The notes beneath the pieces are model-generated. The model had not been told where the DNA came from and ran no database searches. It worked only from the letters and a program-made list of their open reading frames with translations. A DNA stretch of 61,304 bases from Salpingoeca rosetta (taxonomy: Eukaryota > Protista > Choanoflagellata): NCBI GenBank assembly GCA_033442325.1, contig JAWQFM010000010.1, positions 96,104 to 157,407 on the forward strand. Direction: 5' to 3'. The position numbers and the translations under genes are program-made. Each line of letters opens with the position of its first letter. The first letter of the stretch is position 1. Below, piece by piece: positions 59,769 through 61,304 of the stretch.

Positions 59769-61304
59769 ATGTCTGGCAAGGACGACGACCTGTTCTTTGT
59801 GACCAACGTGCAGAAGGCGGGCATTCTGTTCAAGCGCCCGTTCTTGCACGTCTCTGGCAAATGGCAGCGCCGCTTCTTTGTTCTCAAGGACGGCTTTATG
59901 CTGTAAGTCTGGCAAGCAAGTGTGCTTGTGTTGTGTTGTGTCGTGTTGTGTTGTGTTGGGTCGCGTTGTGTTGTGTTGTGATGTGTGTTGTTGGATCGTA
60001 TTTCGAGGTCACGCAGCGTGTCTTGTGACTTGCTGTTGCTTGTGTTGTTGTGGATTGGCGGTGACAGCAGCGTGTATCCTGATGTGCTCGTGCATCTTGC
60101 TGGTGCTTTCGTTGCAGGTATTATGCGGAGAAGGAGGCCAAGACATTTGCCGAGACTGGAAACTTCAACATCCATCCCAAGGTCGGGCAATAACTCTCTC
60201 TGTGTGTGTGCATGTGTGTGTGTGTGTGCGTGTGTGTGTGTGTGGGTGGGTGGGTGCGTGTGTGGGTGCATGAGTGCATGTGTGTTGACGTTCATGTGTG
60301 TGTGTGCACTTGTTCCGTGTCCATTCACTGACCCAATACTTTCACATTCACAATGACAAACTAGGCGTTGTTGCATTCTCTCACTGCCCCTTGCCTCTGG
60401 TTCCCCTCACCCAACTGACCCAACTGACCTCACTCACTCACCCACACATACTGACGAATGCAGGGCGTCATTCCACTGGGAGGGTGCCTGGTCAATCACA
60501 CGACGGAGACCGACAAGCCATATGCCATCTCCATCAACCACCCAGACTTTGGCGAGTCAAACGTCATCGTCGCCACAGACACAGAGGAATCCTTGAAGGA
60601 TTGGATTGACAAGATCAAGGAGTGCACGCGCATGTACGTACAGCGGGGTCAATCAATGTCATTACGGCCACAGTCAAACGCCTACCCATGTTGGCTGTGT
60701 TGCGCTGTAGAAGTGGGCTCTTGTGGCTGCAGCTTAGCTTGTTCACGCCTTGCATGTACAACTAACTCTCCCTCAACACCCCTCATCTTTTGCACCATGC
60801 GTGTTTCTTCACACCAGCACGTACAAGAACGCCCAAGTTGGCGAGACGATGATCAAGTGTCTCAAGGCCAAATCGGAGGTCATTGAGGAGCAGCGCAAGG
60901 AAAACCAGGAGAAGCTCGAGGTGCCGACAGCGCTCATGCACACATGCAACCAACCACACAGACACATAAAAGGCTTGATGAGCAGGGGGCATGGTGCCCT
61001 GCGGGGTGTTCTGCACATATGTTGTGCTTGGTCCTATCTGCCTTCTTCTCACGCGACCACCGGCACCACCACCATCACGGCGTCGCGTGTTGCCAGGCGG
61101 AGACGCTTGCGCTGCAAGAGGAGCGAGAGCTTCGGGAACAGATTGAGGAACAACTGCGGCAGCTGCAGGCGGAGAAGGAAGCAAAGGAGCAGGAAGCGAT
61201 GCAACTCAAGGAGCGAGAGGCCGAGCAGAGACAGTCAGTTGGCCGTAGGCCGTATTGGCTGTGGTGCACCTGCAGATGATGCGTGTTGTCGTGTGGTCGT
61301 AGGA
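59769..61304 (+). CDS. PLEKHD1: PH-domain + coiled-coil protein PLEKHD1, 3' partial
   Basis: GILFKRPF..KWQRRFFVLKDGFML|YYAEKE..FNIHPK|GVIPLGGCLV..PYAISINHPDF..W..|TYKNAQVGETMIK followed by a coiled coil. Confidence 0.9.

Overview
Intron-rich, gene-dense eukaryotic DNA with (GT)n/(CA)n/(GA)n microsatellites in most introns and three assembly gaps. Gene content and repeat style fit a choanoflagellate, probably Salpingoeca rosetta (inference). I assembled 15 protein-coding genes by hand from GT-AG junctions. In order: a secreted beta-helix protein that looks internally deleted and scrambled, CFAP91, nicastrin, an EF-hand + Kelch protein, an intronless 2906-aa IP3R/RyR-family channel, an arylsulfatase-WSC fusion, an LRR-TM-TKL receptor kinase, a CCDC34-like coiled-coil protein, peptide deformylase, TATDN1, the microprotein genes SMIM4/UQCC5 and BRAWNIN/UQCC6, an ankyrin protein, a ZNF706/SERF-type first exon, and PLEKHD1 (runs off the window). 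Two things stand out. (1) SMIM4 and BRAWNIN, both complex III assembly microproteins, lie 22 nt apart as a probable bicistron, back-to-back with a tightly spaced TATDN1-PDF pair. (2) The IP3R-like channel lacks the GGGxGD filter and, by my alignment, most IP3-binding and some Ca2+-site residues. I saw no RNA genes, CRISPR arrays or recognisable transposons. All family assignments are motif recognition from memory, not database searches.
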